From Dehalococcoidia bacterium (GTDB lineage Bacteria > Chloroflexota > Dehalococcoidia > Bin125), in contig CAXXNO010000006.1 in assembly GCA_963663235.2 (NCBI GenBank), forward strand, positions 256,001 to 320,000: a DNA stretch of 64,000 nt, in the 5' to 3' direction. A program made the translations under genes and the position numbers. This document shows, one piece after another, positions 28,675-38,988 of this stretch. The notes under the pieces were generated by a model. It was not told where the DNA came from. It was given only the letters and a program-made list of their open reading frames with translations, and did not search any database. The first letter of the stretch is position 1. Every line of letters starts with the position of its first letter.

Positions 28675-29784
28675 TCAGACGATGCTCTCCTCAGCGCGAT
28701 GGCAGGTCACGCCGTGGCCGGGGCGCAGCTCCCGCCACTCGGGCTCGACCGTGCGGCAGATATCGATGGCGAGCGGACAGCGGGTGTGGAAGGTGCAGCC
28801 AGGCGGGGGGTGGAGGGGGCTGGGGATGTCGCCGGAGAGCACGATGCGCTCGCGGCGGCGCTCCAGGCCCGGGTCAGGGATGGGCACGGCGGACAGCAGC
28901 GCCTGCGTGTAGGGATGCAGCGGGTTGCGGTAAAGCGCTTCGCTGTCCGCCAGCTCCACGATCTTGCCCAGGTACATCACCGCCACCCGGTGGCTGATAT
29001 GGCGGACCACCGCCAAGTCGTGGGAGATGAAGAGGAAGGTGAGATGGAAGCGATCCTGCAAATCCTGCAGGAGGTTGATGATCTGCGCCTGGATCGAGAC
29101 ATCGAGTGCGGAGAGAGGTTCGTCCGCCACCACGAACCAAGGCTCCACCGCCAAGGCGCGCGCGATCCCCACCCGCTGGCGCTGCCCGCCGGAGAACTCG
29201 TGGGGGAAGCGCCCCGCGAGGTGCGGGTTGAGGCCCACCGTCTCCAGCAGCTGCGCGACGCGCTCCTTGCGCCTGCCCTTGTGGAGCCCGTGGATGGCGA
29301 GCGGCTCCCCGACGATCCCGCCCACCGTCATGCGCGGGTTCAGGGAGGCGTAAGGGTCCTGGAAGATCATCTGCATGCGGCGGCGGTAGGCACGGAGCCG
29401 CCGGCCTTTGAGCGTCGTGAGGTCCACGCGGCCGTCCGGCGCGGCGGCGGTGGCGTCGCGGCGCTGGTGCAACCAGACGTGTCCCGCGGTGGGCCGGTAG
29501 AGCTGCAGAATCGCCCGGCCGGCGGTGGTCTTGCCGCAGCCGGACTCGCCGACGAGGCCGAGCGTCTCGCCGTCGCGGATGGTGAACGAGATCCCGTCGA
29601 CGGCCTTGCTGTCGGCCACCTTGCGCTGAAACAAGATGCCGGACCTGACCGGGAAGTAGAGTTTCAGATCCTCGACCTGGATTAGCGGCTGATTGCTGGG
29701 TCCCGTGCGAGGGGCAGGCGGAGCGGAAGCCCTAGCGTCCGCGGTCACAGGCGCCGCAGCGTCGGCGGATGCATCGGCGGTCAT
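28675..29784 (-). CDS. oppF: Oligopeptide/dipeptide ABC ATPase (OppF/DppF-like)
   Basis: [38 protein letters not shown]. Confidence 0.92.
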   Translation of the reverse strand: MTADASADAAAPVTADARASAPPAPRTGPSNQPLIQVEDLKLYFPVRSGILFQRKVADSKAVDGISFTIRDGETLGLVGESGCGKTTAGRAILQLYRPTAGHVWLHQRRDATAAAPDGRVDLTTLKGRRLRAYRRRMQMIFQDPYASLNPRMTVGGIVGEPLAIHGLHKGRRKERVAQLLETVGLNPHLAGRFPHEFSGGQRQRVGIARALAVEPWFVVADEPLSALDVSIQAQIINLLQDLQDRFHLTFLFISHDLAVVRHISHRVAVMYLGKIVELADSEALYRNPLHPYTQALLSAVPIPDPGLERRRERIVLSGDIPSPLHPPPGCTFHTRCPLAIDICRTVEPEWRELRPGHGVTCHRAEESIV

Positions 29785-30818
29785 GGAGCGGGGCTGCCGG
29801 GTGAGGCGACGGCCGCCCCAGGGGCGCGCTGCTCCATGGCGGCCGCCAGCACCTGGTCCGCGTGGTGGCAGGCGGCGAAGTGGCCTTGGGCCTGCTCACG
29901 GAGATCGGGCCGCTCGTCGCGGCAGACGTCGGTCGCGAAGCGGCAGCGGGGGGCGAACTCACAGCCGGGCGGCAGGTTGATGGGGTCGGGTGGCACGCCT
30001 TCGATGGGGACCAGCCGAGCCAGGCCCGCGTCGAGGCGGGGCACCGACTCCAGCAGCCCGAGGGTGTAGGCGTGCCGCGGGCGGGCGAAGATCTCGGCGG
30101 CCGGCGCGCTCTCGATGATGCGCCCCGCGTACATCACGTGCACGCGGTCGGCGTAGCGGGCGACGACGCCAAGGTTGTGGGTGATGAGGATCACCGCGGC
30201 CCCGAGCTCGTGGGTCAAACGGGCCAGGAGCTCCAACACCTGCGCTTGGATGGTGACGTCCAGGGCGGTGGTGGGCTCGTCGGCGAGGAGGATCTTGGGA
30301 TCGCAGGAGAGGGCCATGGCGATCATGACTCGCTGGCGCATGCCGCCCGAAAACTGATGCGGGTAATCGTTGAGACGTTCCTCGGCGGAGGGGATCCCCA
30401 CCATCTCGAGCAGCTCGGCGGCGCGTCTCCTGGCCGCCGCGCCCTTCATGCCCTTGTGCAGCTCCAGCGCCTCCGTGATCTGCCGGCCGACGGTCATCAC
30501 CGGGTTCAAGGAGGTCATGGGCTCCTGGAAGATCATGGCGATCTCGTTGCCGCGGATCTGACGCAGACGGGCATCGTCCACGCGCAGGATGTCCTCGTCT
30601 TGGAATCGCACCTCGCCGCCCACAATGCGGCCGGGCGGGCTGGGGATGAGGCGCAGGAGCGAGAGGGCGGCCACGCTCTTGCCGCTTCCGCTCTCGCCGA
30701 CGAGTCCGACGGTCTCGCCCTCCAGCAGGTCAAAGAAGAGGCCGTTCACCGCCTTGACCTCGCCCGCGGCGGTGAAGAAGGAGGTGCGCAGGTCCATGAT
30801 CTCAAGGAGTTTCGTCAT
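29781..30818 (-). CDS. oppD: Oligopeptide/dipeptide ABC ATPase (OppD/DppD-like)
   Basis: [34 protein letters not shown]; ATGA overlap with oppF. Confidence 0.92.
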   Translation of the reverse strand: MTKLLEIMDLRTSFFTAAGEVKAVNGLFFDLLEGETVGLVGESGSGKSVAALSLLRLIPSPPGRIVGGEVRFQDEDILRVDDARLRQIRGNEIAMIFQEPMTSLNPVMTVGRQITEALELHKGMKGAAARRRAAELLEMVGIPSAEERLNDYPHQFSGGMRQRVMIAMALSCDPKILLADEPTTALDVTIQAQVLELLARLTHELGAAVILITHNLGVVARYADRVHVMYAGRIIESAPAAEIFARPRHAYTLGLLESVPRLDAGLARLVPIEGVPPDPINLPPGCEFAPRCRFATDVCRDERPDLREQAQGHFAACHHADQVLAAAMEQRAPGAAVASPGSPAP

Positions 30819-30860
30819 GGGTCCCGGCCTTGCAGAGGCATCGCCGTGCGGGCGGCTGGG

Positions 30861-30945
30861 TGGTGGGGAAGGGGAGATTCGAACTCCCACGCCTTGCGGC
30901 ACATGATCCTAAATCATGCTCGTCTGCCAGTTCCGACACTTCCCC
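30861..30945 (-). tRNA. tRNA-Leu(TAG)
   Basis: GGGGAAG acceptor stem, CATGA-TT-TAG-GA-TCATG anticodon arm, long variable arm, GTTCGAAT, encoded CCA. Confidence 0.97.
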
Positions 30946-30980
30946 AGGTCCGGGCGCGGAGCGCCGGCCCGGGAGGGATG

Positions 30981-31056
<76 letters not shown>

Positions 31057-31153
31057 ACGCCGACCGGCCTCCCGCCGATCCTAGCATCGCGCGGGCCATC
31101 GAGCGGGCGCCGGGGCGGCCGTGGCGTTTCATCCGGGCCCGGGGGCGGGCAAA

Positions 31154-31183
31154 TTGACCCCTTCGCCGAGCCGTTGTTAGCAT
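31154..31183 (+). promoter_or_regulatory. Promoter TTGACC-N18-TAGCAT (extended -10) for tRNA-Val/thrS
   Basis: Hexamers read directly; TGn precedes the -10. Confidence 0.75.
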
Positions 31184-31199
31184 CGAGCGGACGATGCGC

Positions 31200-31276
31200 G
31201 GGCGGTTAGCTCAGTCGGCTAGAGCGCTGCGTTGACATCGCAGAGGTCACTGGTTCGAGTCCAGTATCGCCCACCA
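31200..31276 (+). tRNA. tRNA-Val(GAC)
   Basis: GGGCGGTTAGCTCAG, CTGCG-TT-GAC-AT-CGCAG, GTTCGAG, encoded CCA. Confidence 0.97.
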
Positions 31277-31347
31277 CCGGCCGTTTCCCTCGCCCCGGAG
31301 ACGCGACGCCAGCGGTCCCTTCTCAGGAAGGGCGTGAAGGGTTGACG

Positions 31348-33099
31348 ATGGCGCAAGCGACCCCCGACACGGCCCCAGCGGACCGCGACGAGCGGCTGCG
31401 ACGGATGCGCCACTCAGCGGCGCACGTGCTGGCGCAGGTGGTCCTGGAGATGTTTCCGGACGGCAAGCTGGCGATCGGGCCGCCCATCGACACGGGCTTC
31501 TACTACGATTTTCTGCTCCCGCGGTCGCTCACGCCGGACGACCTGGCGATCATCGAGCGGCGGATGCGCGAAGAGATGGCGAAGGCGCATGCGTTCGTGT
31601 GGCGGCTGGTGCCGACGGCGGAAGCGCGGGCGCGGTACGCGGAGCAGCCGTTCAAACTGGAACTGATCGACGAATTCGGCGAGGACCAGGTGGGGCTGTG
31701 CACGCACGCGGATTTCACCGATCTCTGTCGCGGCGGGCACGTGGGCGATACGTCCGAGATCGGGCCGTTCAAGATCATGCACGTGGCCGGCGCGTACTGG
31801 CGGGGCGACGAGAAGCGGCCGCAACTCCAGCGCGTGTACGGCGCGCTCTTCGAGACGCAGGAGGAGATTGAGGCCTACCTGCGGCATCTGGAGGAAGCGG
31901 AGCGGCGCGACCATCGACGGCTGGGGCGCGAGTTGGATCTCTTCTCGCTGCAGGACGACGTCGGTCCGGGGCTGGTTCTGTGGCACCCCAAGGGGGCGCG
32001 CCTGCGGATGGAGGTAGAGGACTACTGGCGGCGGGCGCACCTGGAGGGTGGCTACGAGTTGGTGTACACGCCGCACTTCGGCAAGGCGCGGTTGTGGGAG
32101 ACCAGCGGGCATCTGGACTTCTTCAAAGAGAGCATGTACGCGCCGATGGAGATGGACGGGGAGGACTACTACGCGAAGCCGATGAACTGTCCTTTCCACA
32201 TCATGATCTACCGCAGCCGGCTGCGATCGTACCGGGAGCTGCCGTTACGCCTGGGTGAGCTGGGCACGGTCTACCGCTACGAGCGTTCGGGCGTCCTGCA
32301 CGGTCTGCTGCGCGTGCGCGGCTTCACGCAGGACGATGCGCATATCTTCTGCACCCCCGAGCAGGTGGAGGACGAGATCATTGAGGTGGTGCGCTTCTCC
32401 GTGGAGATGTTGCGCACGTTCGGGTTCGCGGAGTTCACCGCGTTCGTATCGACGCGGCCGGAGAAGGCGGTAGGGGAGCCCCAGGAGTGGGAGACCGCGC
32501 AGGCCGCGCTGCACCGCGCCCTGGATGCCGCGGGGGTGGGTTACTCCGTGGACGAAGGGGGCGGTGCGTTCTACGGCCCCAAGATCGACCTCAAGGTGGT
32601 GGATGCGCTCGACCGCGAGTGGCAGCTCACCACCGTGCAGTTCGACTTCAACATGGGCCGGCGCTTCGGCATCACCTATATCGGCGAGGACGGGCAGGAG
32701 CACAACCCGTACATGGTGCATCGCGCGCTGCTGGGGAGCATGGAGCGCTTTTTCGCGGTGTTGATCGAGCATTACGGCGGGGCCTTTCCGCTGTGGCTGG
32801 CACCCGTGCAAGCGCGGCTCATCCCGATCGCCGACCGGCACATGGCGTACGCCGAGGAGGTGGCGAGCCGCCTTCGGGCCGCCGGGCTACGCGCCGAGGT
32901 CGACAGGCGCAAGGAGCGAATGAACGCGAAGATCCGCGATGCGCAGTTGGAGAAGGTGCCCTACATGCTGGTGGTGGGCGATCGCGAGCAGGAGGCGGAG
33001 GCGGTGGCGGTGCGGCGTCGCGACGGGGAGGACCTGGGCGCGCTCCCCGTAGGCGAGGTGCAAACGCGGCTGCTGGAGGAAGTGCAACGGCGCCAGTAG
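31348..33099 (+). CDS. thrS: Threonine-tRNA ligase (short form without N-terminal TGS domain)
   Basis: RHSAAH, DLCRGGH, RDHRRLG, KPMNCP, RVRGFTQDDAH, HRALLGSMERF. Confidence 0.98.
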   Translation: MAQATPDTAPADRDERLRRMRHSAAHVLAQVVLEMFPDGKLAIGPPIDTGFYYDFLLPRSLTPDDLAIIERRMREEMAKAHAFVWRLVPTAEARARYAEQPFKLELIDEFGEDQVGLCTHADFTDLCRGGHVGDTSEIGPFKIMHVAGAYWRGDEKRPQLQRVYGALFETQEEIEAYLRHLEEAERRDHRRLGRELDLFSLQDDVGPGLVLWHPKGARLRMEVEDYWRRAHLEGGYELVYTPHFGKARLWETSGHLDFFKESMYAPMEMDGEDYYAKPMNCPFHIMIYRSRLRSYRELPLRLGELGTVYRYERSGVLHGLLRVRGFTQDDAHIFCTPEQVEDEIIEVVRFSVEMLRTFGFAEFTAFVSTRPEKAVGEPQEWETAQAALHRALDAAGVGYSVDEGGGAFYGPKIDLKVVDALDREWQLTTVQFDFNMGRRFGITYIGEDGQEHNPYMVHRALLGSMERFFAVLIEHYGGAFPLWLAPVQARLIPIADRHMAYAEEVASRLRAAGLRAEVDRRKERMNAKIRDAQLEKVPYMLVVGDREQEAEAVAVRRRDGEDLGALPVGEVQTRLLEEVQRRQ

Positions 33100-33175
33100 C
33101 GCAGCCCACACTCGGCCCAATGCCCCCTCGCCTATCCGACCGCTATCATGGCGCCTGCAACGAAGCTGGAGGCCT

Positions 33176-34726
33176 GTGAGCGCATCTGACTCGAAGCCGC
33201 CGCTTAAGAAGGTTCTCATCGCCAACCGCGGTGAGATTGCGCTGCGGGTGGTCCGTGCCTGCCGAGACCTCGGCATCCAGTCGGTCGCCGTGTACTCGGA
33301 GGTGGATCGAGCGGCGCCGCACGTGCGCTACGCGGACGAGGCGTACGCGATCGGGCCGGCCGAGGCGGCGCAGAGCTACCTCAACGTCGAGCGCCTGCTG
33401 GACGTTGCGCGTCGCGCCGGGGCCGAGGCGATCCACCCCGGCTACGGCTTCCTGTCCGAGAACGCCGCATTCGCCCGCGCCTGCCGGGACCAGGGGCTCA
33501 CGTTCGTGGGGCCATCGCCGGAAACGATGGACAAGATGGGGACGAAGCTGGATTCGCGCCGCGCGCTGGCGGGGACGGAGGTCCCGCTGATCCCCGGGAC
33601 GACCGAGCCAGTCCACAACGCGGAGGAGGCGGCGCGGGTCGCCGACGAGATCGGCTATCCCGTGTTGATCAAGGCCTCCGCCGGGGGTGGCGGCAAAGGG
33701 ATCCGCGAGGTGGGCTGCGCCGAGGAGTTGGCCCGCGCGATCATCAACGCCCAGCAAGAGTCGCTCTCGGCCTTCGGCGACGACGCGTTCTACGTGGAAA
33801 AGCTCCTGCGGCCCGTGCGGCACGTGGAGATCCAGGTGATCGCCGACGAGCACGGCAACGTCGCCACGGTCGGCGAGCGGGAGTGCTCGATCCAACGCCG
33901 GCGGCAGAAGTTAATCGAAGAGTGTCCGTCACCGATCGTGACGCCGGAACTGCGGGCGCGGATGCGCGCGGCGGCGCGCAAGGTGGTTGAGGTGAGCGGC
34001 TACACGAACGCGGGCACGGTGGAGTGTCTGGTCTACGACAACGATCAGTTCGCGTTCCTGGAGATGAACGCGCGGTTGCAGGTGGAGCATCCGGTCACGG
34101 AGCTGGTGTGGGACGTGGACCTGGCCGTGGACCAGTTGCGCATCGCCGGAGGGGAACCTCTGGGGTATGGGGACGACGATCTACAGATGCGCGGCTGGGC
34201 GATGGAGTGCCGGGTGGCGGCCGAAGATCCCTACAACCAGTTCCTGCCCAGCACGGGGATGGTGCACCACTACCGGGAGCCCGCCGGCCCGGGGATCCGC
34301 ATTGAGAGCGGTCTGTACAACGGGATGCCGGTGAGCGTGCACTACGATCCGCTGCTGACGAAAATTGTGGTCTGGGGGCACAATCGCGAGGAGGCCCGCC
34401 GACGGATGCTACGGGCGTTGGCGGAGTTCCGCCTGGTGGGGCTGCAGACGAACGTGCCGTTCCACACGGGGATGCTGCAAGATGCCCGGTTCATCGCCGG
34501 TGATTTCCATACGGATTATGTGGAGCAGGAGTTCTCCCTCAGCCCTCCGGACGGGCCCGACCGCGCCGACATCGCCGCGCTGGCCGCGGCGGCATATCTT
34601 CACGATTCCGGGACATGGGCCCAGCGCGAGCCGTCTCGGGAGCGCGACGGGCAGCGGCTCAGCGCCTGGGCGCGGCGGCCGCGCGGGCAGCGCGGCGTTA
34701 TGGAGCAGGGATGGCGAAGAAGCTAA
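33176..34726 (+). CDS. accC: Biotin carboxylase of an acetyl/propionyl-CoA carboxylase
   Basis: ANRGEIA, HPGYGFLSEN, GGGGKG, ECSIQRR, EMNARLQVEHPVTE. Confidence 0.95.
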   Translation: MSASDSKPPLKKVLIANRGEIALRVVRACRDLGIQSVAVYSEVDRAAPHVRYADEAYAIGPAEAAQSYLNVERLLDVARRAGAEAIHPGYGFLSENAAFARACRDQGLTFVGPSPETMDKMGTKLDSRRALAGTEVPLIPGTTEPVHNAEEAARVADEIGYPVLIKASAGGGGKGIREVGCAEELARAIINAQQESLSAFGDDAFYVEKLLRPVRHVEIQVIADEHGNVATVGERECSIQRRRQKLIEECPSPIVTPELRARMRAAARKVVEVSGYTNAGTVECLVYDNDQFAFLEMNARLQVEHPVTELVWDVDLAVDQLRIAGGEPLGYGDDDLQMRGWAMECRVAAEDPYNQFLPSTGMVHHYREPAGPGIRIESGLYNGMPVSVHYDPLLTKIVVWGHNREEARRRMLRALAEFRLVGLQTNVPFHTGMLQDARFIAGDFHTDYVEQEFSLSPPDGPDRADIAALAAAAYLHDSGTWAQREPSRERDGQRLSAWARRPRGQRGVMEQGWRRS

Positions 34727-35244
34727 CGCTCCAGGTAGGGGAGCGGCTGCGCGAAGTCGAGTTCACGGAGGTGGAGGGCGATTCGCTGTCACTGCGGCTC
34801 GATGGCGTGGAGCACGCCGTGGAACTGCAGCAGGTGGGGGAGGGGCCGCTGTACGAGCTGGTGCTGGACCACCATGCGACCGAGGTGCTGATCAAGCGGG
34901 AGGGGCCGGCGCTGCGGCTCATTATCGGGGCGGACAGCTGGGTGGTGACACGGCGGCGTCCGGGGGCGGGGGAGCTTGCCGCGGACGCGCTGGAGGCAGG
35001 CGAGCTGGTGGTGCGCGCGCCCATGACGGGCGTGGTGCTGGAGGTTCTGGTGCGGCCGGGCGATCAGGTGGCCCAGCGCGACAGCCTCTTGGTGATCCAG
35101 GCCATGAAGATGAATAACGAGATCCGCGCCCCGGCGGAGGGCACGGTGACCGAGGTCTCCGTGAGCGTGGAGCAGACGGTCAACCAGGGCGATCCGCTGC
35201 TGACAATCCACCTGGGTGCTGAGGAGACGAACGGCGCGGCCTAG
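34711..35244 (+). CDS. Biotin carboxyl carrier protein (BT-like domain plus biotinyl domain)
   Basis: RAPMTG..QAMKMNNEI biotinyl motif; overlaps the accC end. Confidence 0.9.
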   Translation: MAKKLTLQVGERLREVEFTEVEGDSLSLRLDGVEHAVELQQVGEGPLYELVLDHHATEVLIKREGPALRLIIGADSWVVTRRRPGAGELAADALEAGELVVRAPMTGVVLEVLVRPGDQVAQRDSLLVIQAMKMNNEIRAPAEGTVTEVSVSVEQTVNQGDPLLTIHLGAEETNGAA

Positions 35245-35248
35245 CCGG

Positions 35249-35278
35249 TTGACCGCCGATTTTGCCGGTTGCTAGCAT
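35249..35278 (+). promoter_or_regulatory. Promoter TTGACC-N18-TAGCAT (extended -10) for infC-rpmI-rplT
   Basis: Same hexamers and spacing as the tRNA-Val promoter. Confidence 0.75.
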
Positions 35279-35349
35279 GAGACGCCGAGGCCGAGTGGCG
35301 CACTCGGCTCTCGCTGACGGTCGAAGCGCCGCGCCGATGGAGAATGCCC

Positions 35350-35964
35350 CTGGCCGCTCGCGACCACCGCGTCAACGAACAGATCCGTGTCCGCGAGGTC
35401 CGCGTCATCGGCGTGGACGGCGAGCAACTAGGCGTCCTGCCGACCGAGCAAGCGCTGACGATGGCGCGCGAGCAGGGCGTGGACCTGGTCGAGGTGGCGC
35501 CCAGCGCGAGCCCGCCGGTGACACGGTTCCTGGACTACGGAAAGTTCAAGTACGAGCAGGCGAAGCGGAAGAGCGAGGGCCGCAAGAAGCAGAAGGGCGT
35601 CGTGCTGCGCGAAGTGACGATGAAGCCGAAGATCGGCAAGCACGACATCGACTTCAAGTTGCGCACGGCGCACAAGCTCTTGGCGGACGGGGACAAGCTC
35701 AAGATCACGGTGATGTTCCGGGGCCGCGAGATCACACACCCGGAGATCGGGCGGGCGTTGATCGAGCAGGTGATGCAGCGTCTGGACGAGGCCGGGATCC
35801 CGCTGGTGATCGAGAAGCCGATCGGCATGGAGGGGCGCTTCATGAGCGTGATCGTGGCGGAGGACAAGGTCAAATCCGCGGCGCTCGCGCGAGAGCGCGA
35901 ACGCGCCGACGACGGCAGCGAGGCCGACACCGAAGCGGTGACCAGCGGCCAGCAGGAGGGGTAG
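35350..35964 (+). CDS. infC: Translation initiation factor IF-3
   Basis: RVNEQIR, DLVEVAP, DYGKFKYE, FRGRE. Start placed at CTG 35350 (7 nt from GGAG); ATG 35344 abuts the SD. Confidence 0.97.
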   Translation: MAARDHRVNEQIRVREVRVIGVDGEQLGVLPTEQALTMAREQGVDLVEVAPSASPPVTRFLDYGKFKYEQAKRKSEGRKKQKGVVLREVTMKPKIGKHDIDFKLRTAHKLLADGDKLKITVMFRGREITHPEIGRALIEQVMQRLDEAGIPLVIEKPIGMEGRFMSVIVAEDKVKSAALARERERADDGSEADTEAVTSGQQEG

Positions 35965-35974
35965 CGGAGCGCGC

Positions 35975-36184
35975 ATGCCGAAAATGAAGACGCACCGCGG
36001 GACGAAGAAGCGGATGGCGCTCACCGGGTCGGGCAAGGTGATGCGGATGAAGGGCCACCGCGGTCACAACAAGATGAAGAAGAACAAGCGCCAACTCTTC
36101 GCCATGGGCGACATGCACCCCGTGGCCAGCCGGGGGTACCGCAAGATGGTGCGCAAGCTGCTGCCGTACGGCACGGGCCGCTAG
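35975..36184 (+). CDS. rpmI: 50S ribosomal protein L35
   Basis: MPKMKTHRGTKKR..TGSGK; position between infC and rplT. Confidence 0.96.
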   Translation: MPKMKTHRGTKKRMALTGSGKVMRMKGHRGHNKMKKNKRQLFAMGDMHPVASRGYRKMVRKLLPYGTGR

Positions 36185-36203
36185 CGCCTGAGGAGCCAGA
36201 CCG

Positions 36204-36563
36204 ATGCCGAGAGTCAAGGGCGGACCGCAGAGCCGCCGCCGACACAAGAAACTGATCGCCGAGACCAAGGGGCACCACGGCGTCCGCCACCGGCTCTTTC
36301 GTCGGGCCAGTGAGTCCCGCCTGCACTCCCTGACCTACGCGTACCGAGACCGGCGCGATCGCAAGGGCGACTTCCGACGCCTCTGGATCCAGCGGATCAA
36401 CGCGGGCGCGCGCCTGCACGGGCTGAGCTACAGCACCCTGATCCACGGTCTGCGGCGAGCCGAGATTGAGATCGACCGGAAGATACTGGCGGACCTGGCT
36501 GTGCGTGAGCCGGAGACGTTCGCCCAAATTGTGGCGCAGGCGAAGGCCGCGCTGCCCTCCTAG
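36204..36563 (+). CDS. rplT: 50S ribosomal protein L20
   Basis: [35 protein letters not shown]. Confidence 0.98.
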   Translation: MPRVKGGPQSRRRHKKLIAETKGHHGVRHRLFRRASESRLHSLTYAYRDRRDRKGDFRRLWIQRINAGARLHGLSYSTLIHGLRRAEIEIDRKILADLAVREPETFAQIVAQAKAALPS

Positions 36564-36567
36564 CGCC

Positions 36568-38973
36568 TCACTGGTCCCGAATCGACGCGCCCAGTTCTTT
36601 TTGCAGCAGCCGCACGATGCCGGTGCGGGCGCGCGCCACTTCCGCCTCGGTCAAGGTCCGGTCCGGGGCACGGTAGTTAATGGCGAAGGCCAGGGACTTC
36701 TTGCCCTCGGGGATCGGTGCGCCGGCGTACACGTCGAAGAGAGCGGCGGACTCCACCAACTTCTGTCGCAGCAGCACGCGCTCCACGGCCGCCGCCGGCG
36801 TGGCTTCATCGACCACCACGGCCAGGTCTTCGGCCACCGCGGGGAAGCGGCTGGGCTCCACGAACCGAGGAGCGGGCCGCGGGCGTGAGGCGAGCGCGTC
36901 CAAATCCAGCTCGAACAGGTAGACCTCGTCGTCGATTTCGAAGCGCGCGCAGACGTCTGGATGCACCTGCCCCAACAGGCCCACCGAGTCCCCATCGAGC
37001 CGCAGCGCGGCGGCGTGCCCCGGCACCAGGGCCGGGTCCTCCGAAGGCTCGTAGTCGAGGTCGAGGCGCATCGCAGCCGCCAGCGCTTGGACGATCGCTT
37101 TGGCATCGAAGAAGTCGAGCAGCCGCGGCTCAGCGCCCGGTGCGGCTGGGGCGAGCGGCCCGCCGTAGAGCGCCGCCGCGAGCGTCCGCTCCAGGGGCAG
37201 ATCGCCGTCGCGTGGCAGGAAGAGCCGCCCGACCTCGAAGAGGCCGATGGGGCCGCGCTGGTGTCGACGATTGGCCGCGTAGGTGTCCAACAACCCGGGT
37301 CGCAGCGTAGTGCGCAACAGCGTGCGCTCCGCGCTCATGGGATTGGCCACCCCGAGGGGCGGCGTCTCCGAGATTGAAGTGAGCGGCTGGACGCGCTCGA
37401 TGGCGTCGGCGCTGGAGAGCGCGTAGTTGATCACCTCGACGAGGCCCGCGGCGGCCAGGGCATCGCGGGCCTCGGCCATCACCCGGCGCAGGGGCTGCGG
37501 CTGCGGCTCGGGGATGGTCCCGGTGAGCGGCGCGCTGGGCAGCACGTCGTAGCCGACGATGCGGGCGACCTCCTCCGCGACGTCGTCCGCGATGGTCACG
37601 TCGGAGCGCCAGAACGGCGCCGTGACCGCGTAGCCGTCGGGCGAATCCGTGACCGCGAAGCCGAGCCGCGCGAGCGTGCCCACGATGCGCTCGCGCGGGA
37701 GGTCGACGCCGAGGACTTGGTGGAGGCGCTTGGCCGGTACGTCGATCACAACTGGGTCGCGGCGGCCGGGGTAGGCATCGAGGAAGCCCGCGTGCGCTTC
37801 GCCCCCGCCGATCTCGACCAGCAGCTGGGTCGCCCGTCGCGCGGCTTCCAGCGCCAGATCGGGGTTCAGCCCCTTCTCGAAGCGGGTCGAGGCTTCGGTG
37901 CGCAGCTTCAGCGCCGCCGCCGTGCGGCGCACACTGGGGCCGTGGAAGTTCGCCGATTCCAGCAGCACCGTCGTCGTGCCGCGCGACACCTCCGAATCGC
38001 CACCGCCCATCACCCCCGCCACCGCGAGCGCGCGCTCCGCGTCCGCGATCACCAGCTGGTCAGCGGCCAGGCGGCGCTCGGTCCCGTCCAGGAGGTGCAG
38101 CGACTCCTCGGCTCGCGCGCGGCGCACGACGATGCGAGCCCCGGCGAGCTTGTCGAAGTCGAAGGCGTGGAGCGGCTGGCCCGTTTCCAGCATCACGAAG
38201 TTCGAGACATCGACGATGTTGGAGATCGGCCGCATCCCGGCCGACTGGAGGCGCTGCTGAAGCCAGTCAGGCGAAGGCGCCACCTTCACGTTGCGGACCA
38301 GCGCGGCCACGTATCGCAGGCAGAGGTCGGGGGCCTCGATTGATAGTCCGGCGCTCTCCTCGATCGGCGGAGCGGCGGCAGGATAGTCGGCCGAGGGCGA
38401 GCGCACGGGGCGATCCGTCAGCGCCGCCACCTCGCGGGCCACGCCGAGCACCGCAAAGAGGTCGGGGCGGTTGGGCGTGAGGCTGAGGTCGAGCACCGTC
38501 TGCCCCAAAGCCTCGGTCAGCGGCGTACCGACGGTGAGGTCGTCCGGCAGGACCCGGATCCCATCGTGCTCGTCGGAGATGCCCAGCTCGCGGTTGGAGC
38601 AGACCATGCCTGCCGACTCCACGCCGCGGATGGTGGAGCGCTTGAGCTTGCGGCGCTCGCCGGAGTGGGCGTCGATGAGGGTGGCGCCCTCGACGGCGAA
38701 GGCGACCTTCTGGCCCTCAGCCACGTTGGGCGCGCCGCAGACAACGATCTGCGGCTCCCCACGGCCGGTGTCGATCGTGGCCAGCCGCAGGCGGTCCGCG
38801 TTGGGATGGGGCGTCACCGCCGTAACGAGGCCGACGTAGACGTTGTCCCAATCGCCGCCGCTGCGCTCGATCCGCTCCACCTCCACACCCGCCATCGTGA
38901 GACGGTGGGCGAGGTCCTCCACGGGGAGGGTGAGGTCCACGTATTCGGCGAGCCAGCGGAGGGGGACTTTCAT
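36568..38973 (-). CDS. pheT: Phenylalanine-tRNA ligase beta subunit
   Basis: HPNADRL, VCGAPNV, TPNRPD, GQPLHAFD, C-terminal FDX-ACB (KKSLAF..YRAPDRTLT). Confidence 0.98.
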   Translation of the reverse strand: MKVPLRWLAEYVDLTLPVEDLAHRLTMAGVEVERIERSGGDWDNVYVGLVTAVTPHPNADRLRLATIDTGRGEPQIVVCGAPNVAEGQKVAFAVEGATLIDAHSGERRKLKRSTIRGVESAGMVCSNRELGISDEHDGIRVLPDDLTVGTPLTEALGQTVLDLSLTPNRPDLFAVLGVAREVAALTDRPVRSPSADYPAAAPPIEESAGLSIEAPDLCLRYVAALVRNVKVAPSPDWLQQRLQSAGMRPISNIVDVSNFVMLETGQPLHAFDFDKLAGARIVVRRARAEESLHLLDGTERRLAADQLVIADAERALAVAGVMGGGDSEVSRGTTTVLLESANFHGPSVRRTAAALKLRTEASTRFEKGLNPDLALEAARRATQLLVEIGGGEAHAGFLDAYPGRRDPVVIDVPAKRLHQVLGVDLPRERIVGTLARLGFAVTDSPDGYAVTAPFWRSDVTIADDVAEEVARIVGYDVLPSAPLTGTIPEPQPQPLRRVMAEARDALAAAGLVEVINYALSSADAIERVQPLTSISETPPLGVANPMSAERTLLRTTLRPGLLDTYAANRRHQRGPIGLFEVGRLFLPRDGDLPLERTLAAALYGGPLAPAAPGAEPRLLDFFDAKAIVQALAAAMRLDLDYEPSEDPALVPGHAAALRLDGDSVGLLGQVHPDVCARFEIDDEVYLFELDLDALASRPRPAPRFVEPSRFPAVAEDLAVVVDEATPAAAVERVLLRQKLVESAALFDVYAGAPIPEGKKSLAFAINYRAPDRTLTEAEVARARTGIVRLLQKELGASIRDQ

Positions 38974-38988
38974 GACGGCAGCCGCGTC

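Noticed and set aside
31277-31347. T-box riboswitch before thrS (also checked pheS and alaS)
   Set aside because: Leaders are too short and lack the T-box motif.
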